64,000 bases of DNA, from IMG/VR virus record IMGVR_UViG_3300040801_001025, positions 1-64,000 of that record. One strand, written 5' to 3'. Shown here one piece after another: positions 50,047 to 58,985 of this stretch. The DNA comes from a virus. The notes beneath the pieces are model-generated. The model saw only the letters and a program-made list of their open reading frames with translations. It had not been told where the DNA came from and made no database searches. The stretch's first letter is position 1; each line of letters starts with the position of its first letter. Both the position numbers and the translations under genes were made by a program.

Positions 50047-50274
50047 ATGTACATTTGTTTATGTTCTGATCTTCGTCAGAGTCAGATTGAAGAAGCTATA
50101 CAGGAAGGTGCTAGGACACTTGAAGAAGTGCAGGAGTCTACGACGGCGTGTACGGGTTGCGAGTCATGCCGTGAGGAAATTGAAGATATGCTTAATCGTC
50201 TTTCTTTTTCTTCGCTGAATGAATCACTTCACGAATCTTCTTGCGACGATTTCGTTGCTCATTTGTCTTCCTGA
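50047..50274 (+). CDS. bfd: Bfd-like [2Fe-2S] ferredoxin
   Basis: MYICLC...I..AI..G......CTGCESC. Confidence 0.8.
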   Translation: MYICLCSDLRQSQIEEAIQEGARTLEEVQESTTACTGCESCREEIEDMLNRLSFSSLNESLHESSCDDFVAHLSS

Positions 50275-50947
50275 TTTCAGCAACACTTTCAAAGAATGAG
50301 CCTGTAGTGATTGGTTCAGTAGGCTCTGGCGTGGCTGTAGCTGTTGTTTGAATCTTATGAGTTGGTGTAGCAGTTTTACTTAGACCAGCTAGAATTTCAC
50401 GAACTTGCTTACTCTTATCGCTAGATACGCTACTTTCATTCAATGCCTTCTTAGCTTCTTTTAACGTAGTAGTTGGTGTTACTTCCGGCGTTGGTGTAGG
50501 CTTAGTTGCAGTAACCTTCTTGGTTACTTTCGGCGTAGCTTCCGGTGTGGCAGTAGGTTCCGGCGTAGCGGTTGTTTTCTTCGCGGTTTTATTAGTTAGG
50601 CGTTGTGCAAGTGAAGTCTTTGTAGGAACATCCGTATCCTTCTTCATCTTAACATCAAATGCTTTCTTATCTAGTAAATTAAAAGAGCCACGGTCTGCTT
50701 CAAATCTAGCATTACCGTAATACACACAAAGCTTATAGTCAAGTGTTTTGTTTACAAGATGTGATACTGCGTCAGTAATTGTAAAGATGAACTTGGTATC
50801 ATTTACATTCTTAGCAGGGAAAGCATATCTAACATCATTTTGAAGTACGCAAAACTCAACATCTGTTTCATGCATAGGAATGCCAGTGGACGTAATTTCC
50901 ACTTCATAGGGCACGCCCACAGCAACGATTAAACTCATTTCTTCCAT
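50192..50947 (-). CDS. hypothetical protein with a Thr/Pro/Lys linker
   Basis: ORF track; coupled to the upstream gene. Confidence 0.65.
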   Translation of the reverse strand: MEEMSLIVAVGVPYEVEITSTGIPMHETDVEFCVLQNDVRYAFPAKNVNDTKFIFTITDAVSHLVNKTLDYKLCVYYGNARFEADRGSFNLLDKKAFDVKMKKDTDVPTKTSLAQRLTNKTAKKTTATPEPTATPEATPKVTKKVTATKPTPTPEVTPTTTLKEAKKALNESSVSSDKSKQVREILAGLSKTATPTHKIQTTATATPEPTEPITTGSFFESVAEIRKTNEQRNRRKKIREVIHSAKKKKDD

Positions 50948-51381
50948 TTGACTTTAAACTTTTCTCGTAATTGATCGTACTTCACGACAAAGCCATCTTT
51001 GATATCATTATACTTGACCATGAAGTTTTCGTTAAAGGTATTTATCCTCCCTATCCTGTTTACCACAATGTTTGCCCAACTTCTCTTCATAATAAAATTC
51101 AATATCTTAGGTTTGTCCATGAATGGCCAACGTACCGTAATTGTAACTTCTACATTATCAGGATTGGGTCTCTCGTAATCAGGTCTATCGTGTACAGGGG
51201 GTGGACCTACTGGAATCATGCCACCGCCACCACCAGTTCCACCGGGTCTCACGTCGTCAACTTCTACTTCGATTTGATGATAGAAAAATCCGACAATAAT
51301 TCGTTTACCATCTCCTGCCATACCTTTCAGTATAACATTTCCAGCACATCCAAAGCATGGTCCAGAACAATTCGTCGCCAT
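50935..51381 (-). CDS. hypothetical protein
   Basis: ATG51381 overlaps the upstream stop. Confidence 0.6.
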   Translation of the reverse strand: MATNCSGPCFGCAGNVILKGMAGDGKRIIVGFFYHQIEVEVDDVRPGGTGGGGGMIPVGPPPVHDRPDYERPNPDNVEVTITVRWPFMDKPKILNFIMKRSWANIVVNRIGRINTFNENFMVKYNDIKDGFVVKYDQLREKFKVKWKK

Positions 51382-51935
51382 TACTGTGGCTCTCTCTCGT
51401 AGATACACGTAGATGATGGATTACCATTTTCATCTTTAAGATTAAACACTTGAAGAACTGTAGTGCCATCATCATCATAGATTGTAAGAGTATTAGCAGA
51501 TGGATCAACGCGAGTTCTATTTGATTCGTATTTAAGAAGGATATCAAGAACACTAAGAGCAGCGGTTACATCAATTCTAAGTGCTGTTGTATCAGTTGCA
51601 ATATCATTTACTTTGTCGCCAAAGGTATTCAACGTTGTATATTCGGCAGAGTCTGCATTCCAAACTTCGCTTGCAGAATTTCTATTACTTGCTTTTTGAT
51701 AGCGTTCAAAGATAGGTAATGAAGCTCCACCATCAGAACGGAATAAATATTCGCTAGAAGGATCATAGGTTGTGAATTCATATTTGTAAAAACCATCACC
51801 GACTTCAGTCATTGGAGCGTCAGTGACTACTAGCGTACTGGAAAGACCAGTCACTTCCCAAATACGGATCGTCGGTGACAGTCCTGTAGCTGGTGAACCA
51901 CTATTGGTGAAGAACGACGCAATAAGTTTACTCAT
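51381..51935 (-). CDS. probable virion structural protein
   Basis: P.TGLSP.I, MTEVG.G.Y.Y beta-rich domain; LTIYDDDGTT C-terminus. Confidence 0.55.
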   Translation of the reverse strand: MSKLIASFFTNSGSPATGLSPTIRIWEVTGLSSTLVVTDAPMTEVGDGFYKYEFTTYDPSSEYLFRSDGGASLPIFERYQKASNRNSASEVWNADSAEYTTLNTFGDKVNDIATDTTALRIDVTAALSVLDILLKYESNRTRVDPSANTLTIYDDDGTTVLQVFNLKDENGNPSSTCIYEREPQ

Positions 51936-52009
51936 AATGATCCCGTATGTCTAAATATTCGATATAGGTATTTAGAGATAAAGCCCAATCATGTACTAGA
52001 GGATTTTTA

Positions 52010-52378
52010 ATGGATGGCATAATCCTGACAACTGGAGTAGGAGGCGGCGGTAGCAGTTCTTCTACTGTTACTCAAGCTACAATTCTTCCTAGCGATATCG
52101 AATCTCTTGATATTTACGAAGCAGACCCTTGTCCATCCATAAAATGGCTAGTTTCTATTCATGATACAGTGACAAACGATACCACCTCATTTGAAATACA
52201 TGCTGTTCATGACTTCAATGGGACCGTCTGTTTTAATGAAGCATCCATTATATTAACTAATGCACAGCTAAATTATGATGTGACTGCTACGGCTGGTCCC
52301 GGCTCTAATGAAATTCTATTGGCTGTTGAAAATCTAGGATTAAATACTATAAATGTTTGTGCAACTAGAATTGTTTAA
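52010..52378 (+). CDS. structural-type beta domain protein
   Basis: KWLV......EI.AVHD domain shared with the next gene. Confidence 0.6.
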   Translation: MDGIILTTGVGGGGSSSSTVTQATILPSDIESLDIYEADPCPSIKWLVSIHDTVTNDTTSFEIHAVHDFNGTVCFNEASIILTNAQLNYDVTATAGPGSNEILLAVENLGLNTINVCATRIV

Positions 52379-52438
52379 GAAATTTGTGAGCAACATAAAT
52401 AAAGGTAAGCCTTTCAAAAAAGTATAAAGGAGATTGAC

Positions 52439-53686
52439 ATGGCATTAGATTTATATAGAGCAGCCGTAGGCTTCTCAATTGATGAAGAAGATGGTACTAG
52501 AGCAGCTAGTGTCCTTTCAGGTTCCGGGGCACCGGGCGGTGACACAAGTTTCCAAGATGATGCACCAATTGGTTCTATCTATTTAAGAACTGATGCAAGC
52601 TCAAGTATTTCTGCTGTCTATCAGAAAATTGCTGATACAAATGCAACTTCCGACTGGGTTCAATCTGCTTCTAAGGATTACGTACAGAGCGTAGTTAATG
52701 GTATGTCATGGCGTGAGCCAGTACTCGTCCTAGACGAAACTACATACGCTGATATCACAGCAGCAGAAACCGCAGCAAACGTTGCTGACACGGTAGACGG
52801 TGTTACGATTGCGGCTAATGATCGTATTCTTTTCACTGACTTGACAACAGGTAACGAAAACGTGTACATTGTGTCTGGTTCATCCGGCAACTGGACATTT
52901 ACTGAAGACCCAGACAATGCCGCAACAGATGGCGATGCGTTGCTTGTACAAGATGGTACATATGCAGAATCTCAGTGGGTTTATGATGGTACACAGTGGA
53001 CACAGATTGCATCTACTACAAACAACGCTGAACTTGCATTCATCCGCGCATTTATCGGTAAAGATGCAGCCGGTTCTGAAACACCAACTTACTCTTCCGC
53101 AGTAGTTGTTACTCAGAACGGTACGCTAGAAGCTGCAATTGGCGAGCTTGATGCTGCAATTGGTGACCGTCTGTACACAAACGATAACGTTCTAACTGAT
53201 GGCCAAACAATCACGGCATCGCTTGATGCGATTGATACTGCAATCGGTAACCGTACTTACACAGAACAGAACTTTGTTACTAATGGCGAAACGCTAACAG
53301 CGTCTATCGATGCTCTTGATATTGCTGTTGCAGATGCTGCACCAAAGACCGCAGTTGCTACAGGTGTTACAACCGCAACAACTGTTGACACAGTTCTTGT
53401 TGATGAAGTACAAACTGTTAAATGGTTTGTTACAGTATTTGATGAAGCTGATACCGATCAGAAAGAGTCTGTTGAAATCTATGCAACTCATGATGGTACA
53501 GCAACTTCTGATGCAACATTTGCTGACTACAATATCAGTTCCAAGCTTCGCTTGAATGGCAACATCGCGGGTCTCGATTTCGATATTGTATTATCTGGTA
53601 CTGGTGCTGCACAGACTATGGGTCTACAGATCACTTCTACTGACACAGTAACAGTGAACTCAACACGTATCGATGTTGAAATCTAA
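52439..53686 (+). CDS. probable virion structural or fibre protein
   Basis: ASKDYV..G.SW, VDGVT...DRIL......ENVY, repeated LTASIDALD; followed by a terminator. Confidence 0.65.
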   Translation: MALDLYRAAVGFSIDEEDGTRAASVLSGSGAPGGDTSFQDDAPIGSIYLRTDASSSISAVYQKIADTNATSDWVQSASKDYVQSVVNGMSWREPVLVLDETTYADITAAETAANVADTVDGVTIAANDRILFTDLTTGNENVYIVSGSSGNWTFTEDPDNAATDGDALLVQDGTYAESQWVYDGTQWTQIASTTNNAELAFIRAFIGKDAAGSETPTYSSAVVVTQNGTLEAAIGELDAAIGDRLYTNDNVLTDGQTITASLDAIDTAIGNRTYTEQNFVTNGETLTASIDALDIAVADAAPKTAVATGVTTATTVDTVLVDEVQTVKWFVTVFDEADTDQKESVEIYATHDGTATSDATFADYNISSKLRLNGNIAGLDFDIVLSGTGAAQTMGLQITSTDTVTVNSTRIDVEI

Positions 53687-53715
53687 GATCAGCTAGGTTA
53701 AACTAGCATTCTGAG

Positions 53716-53738
53716 AAGGGGCCAACTGGCCCCTTTTC
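53716..53738 (+). terminator. rho-independent terminator
   Basis: AAGGGGCCA-AC-TGGCCCCTTTT. Confidence 0.8.
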
Positions 53739-53749
53739 TGTTTCAGGGG

Positions 53750-53778
53750 TTGACAACTCCTATAAATACACGTAAGAT
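53750..53778 (+). promoter_or_regulatory. nested sigma70-like and late promoters
   Basis: TTGACA-17-TAAGAT with TATAAATA (53761-53768) in the spacer. Confidence 0.7.
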
Positions 53779-53847
53779 ACACATAAAGCTGATGAGCGGA
53801 GTGCTCGACATACAGCTAGTGTTCGACTACAATCAGAACTATCCGAA

Positions 53848-53869
53848 GCACATAGGAGATATGGCAATG
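53848..53869 (+). repeat. 22-bp direct repeat, copy 1 (RBS region)
   Basis: GCACATAGGAGATATGGCAATG, identical at 55766-55787. Confidence 0.9.
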
Positions 53870-54955
53870 GATCAAGCATACGATTTTATCGTCTACATTG
53901 GGCGATTCCAACCGTTTCACGACGGTCACCTCGAAACTCTCAAACTTGCCGCAGAAACTGGTAAAGAAGTTATTGTTGTCATTGGCTCTGCTAATTCTGC
54001 ACCGACTCCTAAGAATCCGTGGACGGCTATTCAGCGCCAAGAAATGATTGTTGAAGCAGCATTCGCTGCTGGTTTTGATGTTTCCAAACTCTCTTTCATT
54101 CATGTTGAAGACCGTCGATACAAAGAATCCAAGTGGATTAGCTATGTACAAGGCACTGTTATGGACATTGTGCGTGCCAAGACTCGCAAACCTAATCCGT
54201 CTATTGCGTTAATCGGGCACGAGAAAGATTCATCTAGTTATTACCTTCGTCAGAATTTCCCTACGTGGAAATTTGTAGAGACAGGTCCGTATGTCAAAGA
54301 GAAAGGTGTTGGCAAAGTGGTTAGCTCTACAAAAATTCGTGAGCTTATGTTTGAGAACCACTTGGGTTATACCGAGAGTAATCTTCCGCCTGCTGTTTAC
54401 GAATGGCTGGACAAGTATACGCTGTCTGATGATTTTACTCGTCTGCAAGATGAATACCACTACATTCTTCAAGAAGAAAAGATTTATGAAGCTCTTCCGT
54501 ATGGGATTACTTTTCAGACTGTAGATAGCGTTGTAGCACAGTCTGGTCATGTTCTTCTCGTCCAGCGTGGTAATCCATTGGGTTACGGGCTATGGGCGCT
54601 ACCGGGTGTTCACCTTGCGCCGAATGAAACTTTGGAGCAGGCATCCATGCGTGCCGTGCTAACTGAAACAAATCTTGACGTGCCGCCAAAGGCTTTCAAA
54701 GGCTCTCTGGTGAGTAAAAAAGAATTTGATCACCCTAACCGCTCTTTGCGTGCAAGATTGACTACAGATCGAAATAGGACGCTTACGACGGCGTTCTACT
54801 ACAAACTTGACTCTTCTCATCCACTTCCGGTAAAGGGCCTTAAAGCTGGTGAGGGAATCTTGAAGGCATGGTGGTTCCCGTTCTCTGAAGTGTGGAGAAT
54901 GCGTGACCAACTCTTTGAGGACCATGCTGATATCCTTGACTACTTCATCGGATAA
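53861..54955 (+). CDS. nadM: bifunctional NMN adenylyltransferase / NUDIX hydrolase
   Basis: IGRFQPFHDGH, GSAN...KNPW, SSTKIR, WALPG NUDIX region (degenerate box), FEDHADI. Confidence 0.9.
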   Translation: MAMDQAYDFIVYIGRFQPFHDGHLETLKLAAETGKEVIVVIGSANSAPTPKNPWTAIQRQEMIVEAAFAAGFDVSKLSFIHVEDRRYKESKWISYVQGTVMDIVRAKTRKPNPSIALIGHEKDSSSYYLRQNFPTWKFVETGPYVKEKGVGKVVSSTKIRELMFENHLGYTESNLPPAVYEWLDKYTLSDDFTRLQDEYHYILQEEKIYEALPYGITFQTVDSVVAQSGHVLLVQRGNPLGYGLWALPGVHLAPNETLEQASMRAVLTETNLDVPPKAFKGSLVSKKEFDHPNRSLRARLTTDRNRTLTTAFYYKLDSSHPLPVKGLKAGEGILKAWWFPFSEVWRMRDQLFEDHADILDYFIG

Positions 54956-55001
54956 ATTTTAATGCAGATACTTATAAATAGCAGTAGAAGGAGCTATTGC
55001 T

Positions 55002-55739
55002 ATGAATTATCACAAAGTATACGGAAATATTGTACAAAAAGCAATTGACGAAGATCGAAAATGGCGTAAAGGAACTTACTATGAGCGCCATCACATATTA
55101 CCAAAGAGTTTGGGAGGAACTGATAAACAGACAAACATAGTTTTACTTACGGCACGAGAGCATTATATTTGCCATCTGTTGCTAGTAAAAATGTATGAAG
55201 CATATGAAGAATCTCATATAAAGATGCTTAGAGCGTTGAATATGATGAAGGTGAAACACGATAAACATGAACGTGATTTTAAATTTTCTTCTAAGCTTTA
55301 TGAGAGTATGAAAGCTAGATTATACGGTGAAAATGGTTTATTGGTAGGTGAAAACAATCCTAACTACGGTGTCAAACAAAGTAAGGAAACACGAAAGAAA
55401 AAATCAGATGCTGCTAAGCGTCGATGCGCTGATCCAAAAGAACGAGAGCGTTTGAGGCAAATGGCACTGAACAGGACACCAGAACATGCAGAGAAAATTA
55501 GACAAGGTAATTTAGGACTTAAACGATCAGATGAAACTAAAAAGAAATTAAGAAAATCTTTGAATGAGTGGTACTCCAAGGGGAACAAACCAGCAAATTC
55601 AAAGAAAGTAATGGCAGATGGTGTGGTATATGATACGTTGCACGACGCGGGAAACGAATTAGACTTGACACCTTCTGGGGTGTTGTATAGAATACGTTCA
55701 AGTAGTAAGAAATTCAAAGATTATTATTACTTGGATTGA
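55002..55739 (+). mobile_element. free-standing HNH homing endonuclease with NUMOD3-like repeats
   Basis: ERHHILPKSLGG..N.V.LTAREH..CH.LL, GENNPNYG..S.ETRKK; lies between nadM and nadV with its own TATAAATA (54973). Confidence 0.85.
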
Positions 55740-55765
55740 GGGCGGAATCCCTATAATCTAAACTT

Positions 55766-55787
55766 GCACATAGGAGATATGGCAATG
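55766..55787 (+). repeat. 22-bp direct repeat, copy 2 (RBS region)
   Basis: GCACATAGGAGATATGGCAATG. Confidence 0.9.
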
Positions 55788-57236
55788 AATAATGAAATTA
55801 AAATTACTGATAATGTTATCTTGAACTGTGACACGTATAAAGTTTCACACTGGATGTTCATGGAAGAAGGCACGACCTTTTCTCAATCCTACGTCGAACC
55901 CCGCGTGGGTGCCAAATACGACGAGATTGTATTCTTCGGTCTCCAAGGCATTCTCATGGATGAATTCATGAAGCCGGTCACCATGGAAATGGTTGATCAG
56001 GCAGAGGAATTCCTTGCCAAACACCTTGGTTCTACTGAAGCGTTTAACCGACGCGGCTGGGAAATCATTGTAAACGAATACGGTGGCTACCTCCCGATTC
56101 GCATTCGTGCTGTGAAAGAAGGCACCGTGCTTCCGGTTGGTAATGCCGTCATCATCGTAGAATCTACGGACCCTCGTTTCAATACGGTGTGGTGCTCGTC
56201 CTACGTTGAAACGAAAATCATGCGTTCGTGGTATGGCTCGACCGTTGCAACGCACTCTCGCGAGATTACGAAGGCTATCCGTGAGGCTCTGAATCGCACT
56301 GGCACCCCTGATCTTGCTAGCATGAAGCTGGTGGATTTTGGTAGCCGTGGTGTGAGCACGAAGCAGGAATCTATGGTCGGTGGCGCTGCTCACCTCGTGA
56401 CTGGCACCAGCACCGATAACCTTCTTGGTATTGGATACGTCGAGGACGTTTACGGTTCCGAGAATGGTATGGCTGGTTTCTCTATTCCTGCAACGGAACA
56501 CAGCATCACGACTTCTTGGGGTGAACTTCGAGAGTTTGAATTCTTCAAGAACATTGTTACGAACATTCTGCCGAAAACCGGCATTGCATCTGTAGTTTGC
56601 GATACCTACAATCTCATGGCTGCAATCGAAATGTTCGGTGAACTTCGCGAAGACATTGAAAAAAATGGTGTCATTGTTATTCGCCCTGATTCTGGTGATC
56701 CTGTTGAAATGACGGAAGCTGTGGTCCAGAAGCTTGACTCGCTTTTCGGCAGCACGGTCAATGATAAAGGCTTCAAGGTTTTGAACGATTGTGTACGTAT
56801 CATTCAGGGCGACGGTATTGATCTGGAAATGACCAAGGCTATTCTTGATAACTTTGAGCGTCTTGGCTACAGTGCAGATAATATCACCTTTGGTAGCGGT
56901 GGCGGCTTGCTTCGTAAGGTAACTCGTGATACTATGCGCTTCGCAATGAAAGCTTGCCATGTCATTGTCGACGGTGAAGCTCGTGACATTCGTAAAGTTC
57001 CATTGACTGATCCGAGTAAAGCGTCGAAAGCTGGTCGTTTGACGCTGGTGCAAGACACTGTGACTGGCAAGTACAGAACTGTCAATCAGCACGATACTAT
57101 TCGCGCTACCGAGGTTGACGCAATGGATACTGTCTTTGAGAATGGAAGACTACTCCGTATGCAAACTTTTGATGACATTCGTGAACGCGCTGCTATCAAG
57201 GACTGTCCCCGGCGACTTGATAATGTAGCAGCCTAA
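55779..57236 (+). CDS. nadV: nicotinamide phosphoribosyltransferase
   Basis: DTYKVSH, FFGLQ, DFGSRG, SIPATEHS, IRPDSGDP, IIQGDG, FGSGGGLL, K.SKAG. Confidence 0.93.
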   Translation: MAMNNEIKITDNVILNCDTYKVSHWMFMEEGTTFSQSYVEPRVGAKYDEIVFFGLQGILMDEFMKPVTMEMVDQAEEFLAKHLGSTEAFNRRGWEIIVNEYGGYLPIRIRAVKEGTVLPVGNAVIIVESTDPRFNTVWCSSYVETKIMRSWYGSTVATHSREITKAIREALNRTGTPDLASMKLVDFGSRGVSTKQESMVGGAAHLVTGTSTDNLLGIGYVEDVYGSENGMAGFSIPATEHSITTSWGELREFEFFKNIVTNILPKTGIASVVCDTYNLMAAIEMFGELREDIEKNGVIVIRPDSGDPVEMTEAVVQKLDSLFGSTVNDKGFKVLNDCVRIIQGDGIDLEMTKAILDNFERLGYSADNITFGSGGGLLRKVTRDTMRFAMKACHVIVDGEARDIRKVPLTDPSKASKAGRLTLVQDTVTGKYRTVNQHDTIRATEVDAMDTVFENGRLLRMQTFDDIRERAAIKDCPRRLDNVAA

Positions 57237-57267
57237 TGTGCTAAAATTGATCCATTAATGGGTCGTA

Positions 57268-57312
57268 AAGGGGGTTAGTGACTCATTTATGAGACACTGC
57301 CCCCTTCTTTTT
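57268..57312 (+). terminator. long hairpin, probable terminator
   Basis: AAGGGGG..AGTG.CTCAT/ATGAG.CACTG.CCCCCTT followed by a T run. Confidence 0.55.
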
Positions 57313-57323
57313 GGAGACTTAAA

Positions 57324-57581
57324 ATGAACCTCAAAGCAAAGACTATTACTGAAATTGAACTTGGTGTAGAAGATATCTATGAACTGATTCGTGTTGGACT
57401 GGAAGCAAATTTTCCAAATATGAAAGGGCAGTTTGCGGACATTCGGTTTGAATATGGTACGCATCCCGATGATCTTGAGCAGGATTGCCTGAACCCCCGT
57501 ACTATCTTGACTGGTGCTAAGGTCAAGCATGAAGTTGTGCAGAAACCCGAACCGCAAGTTCTTCTTCGTGGGAGTACTTAA
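57324..57581 (+). CDS. hypothetical protein
   Basis: SD GGAG. Confidence 0.65.
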   Translation: MNLKAKTITEIELGVEDIYELIRVGLEANFPNMKGQFADIRFEYGTHPDDLEQDCLNPRTILTGAKVKHEVVQKPEPQVLLRGST

Positions 57582-57784
57582 TGATGAGCCTTAAAATTCA
57601 GAAGAAAAAAGTAGTAGTCTACACTGAAGAAGACATTTACCAGATGATTATTGCGCATACCAAGAAGCATGTAGATAGCAGTCTTGGTTGCTATGTTGAA
57701 GGCATTAATGCAAGCTGGTTCACTGATCAGGATGGAACCAAGAAACTTATGGTCAGTTGGCCCGATGGGGGAAGAGAACGATGA
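57581..57784 (+). CDS. hypothetical protein
   Basis: Coupled ORF. Confidence 0.6.
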   Translation: MMSLKIQKKKVVVYTEEDIYQMIIAHTKKHVDSSLGCYVEGINASWFTDQDGTKKLMVSWPDGGRER

Positions 57785-57978
57785 ATAAAACAAAAAGAAC
57801 TGTAACCGTAACGTCTGAAGAGGTTGAATACGTTATATCTTATGATGAGCTTGCTCAGATTCTTCGTAGAGAACTTAACGAAACTGGTCGTGTAAGTTGC
57901 GGAGGTTATCAATCACCTACTATTAGGGGTGTAATTTTTAAAGTAAGTAGAGAGATAGAAAGTGCAAGTTCTGTCTAG
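57781..57978 (+). CDS. hypothetical protein
   Basis: ATGA overlap at 57781. Confidence 0.55.
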   Translation: MNKTKRTVTVTSEEVEYVISYDELAQILRRELNETGRVSCGGYQSPTIRGVIFKVSREIESASSV

Positions 57979-57994
57979 GAAAATACTTTAGATT

Positions 57995-58462
57995 ATGAAA
58001 ATAATTAATGATTCAAAATGGCAGGACCGATTCATTAAGCTGGCGAGAATGGTGGCTAGTTGGTCTAAGGATAGATCAACTCAAGTCGGTGCTGTTATTG
58101 TTACAGGTGATGGACACCCTCGCTCTTTTGGGTTCAACGGAATGCCACAAGGCGTAAATGATGATATTGATGAGCGGCATGAGCGTCCAGAAAAGTATTT
58201 TTGGTTTGAACATGCTGAAAGGAATGCGATATACTTGGCAGATGGTGATCTAAAAGATTGCGTTATGTTTGTAACACATATGCCGTGTGCTGATTGTGCT
58301 CGTGCCATTATTCAAACAGGAATTGCGCACGTTGTGGTTGACGCGCAGGGGAAATTGAGTCATGGTACTCAACTATCAGATTCATGTACGGCAGCGCGAG
58401 AAATGTTTTTTGAGACTGGCGTTTATTTGATTGAAAGATATGTAAGGGATGATGCAAAATGA
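57995..58462 (+). CDS. dCMP deaminase
   Basis: SKD.STQVGAVI, GFNG, HAERNA, PCADC. Confidence 0.92.
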   Translation: MKIINDSKWQDRFIKLARMVASWSKDRSTQVGAVIVTGDGHPRSFGFNGMPQGVNDDIDERHERPEKYFWFEHAERNAIYLADGDLKDCVMFVTHMPCADCARAIIQTGIAHVVVDAQGKLSHGTQLSDSCTAAREMFFETGVYLIERYVRDDAK

Positions 58463-58974
58463 ACATTAAGCTGCACACTGAGCGTCCGAATCTTATCGTG
58501 TTGGTTGGAGTACCGGCATCCGGTAAGTCTACTTGGCGTGATAATTTTATCGCTAAGATGGAAACGGCTGTAGACGATGACTTTGTAATTATCTCGTCCG
58601 ACGATGAGATTGAGGCATTGTGTGAAGCTGAAGGAATCACGTATACTGAGGGCTTCTCGAAGTTTGTAGGTAAGGCTACGGCAATCGTGAAGCAAAAGGT
58701 TCGCGACGCAGTAAATAATGGTAGGAACATCATTTGGGATCAGACTAATGTCAATGTGAAGAAGCGTAAGACCATCTTTCGTGACACTGGACAGAATTAC
58801 TACCGTATTGCGGTTGCATTCGAACTGGATGATGATGCAGAATTGAAGCGTAGGCTACAACACCGTGAGGAAACTACGGGCAAAAGCATTCCGCCACATG
58901 TTATCGACAGCATGCTGAAAAGCTATGTGCGACCGACGACGCAGGAGGGATTTGACAAAGTACATTTGGCATAG
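58459..58974 (+). CDS. P-loop kinase (polynucleotide kinase-like, AAA_33)
   Basis: VGVPASGKST, SSDD, DQTN, R...IP..VI..M..S...P..EGF. Confidence 0.8.
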   Translation: MNIKLHTERPNLIVLVGVPASGKSTWRDNFIAKMETAVDDDFVIISSDDEIEALCEAEGITYTEGFSKFVGKATAIVKQKVRDAVNNGRNIIWDQTNVNVKKRKTIFRDTGQNYYRIAVAFELDDDAELKRRLQHREETTGKSIPPHVIDSMLKSYVRPTTQEGFDKVHLA

Positions 58975-58985
58975 GAGCTAGGACA

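Noticed and set aside
53789-53812. Hammerhead ribozyme suggested by CTGATGAG
   Set aside because: No GAAA after the stem (GACA instead) and no stem I/III arrangement; better explained as a simple hairpin.
54956-55778. Group I intron carrying the HNH gene
   Set aside because: nadM and nadV are each complete, and the flanks are too short for an intron core.
53848-55787. 22-bp repeat as a transposon target-site duplication
   Set aside because: It brackets nadM plus the endonuclease and coincides exactly with two RBSs; no transposase or terminal inverted repeats.
55845-57092. 415-aa antisense ORF
   Set aside because: Shadow of nadV arising from codon bias; no motif or RBS.
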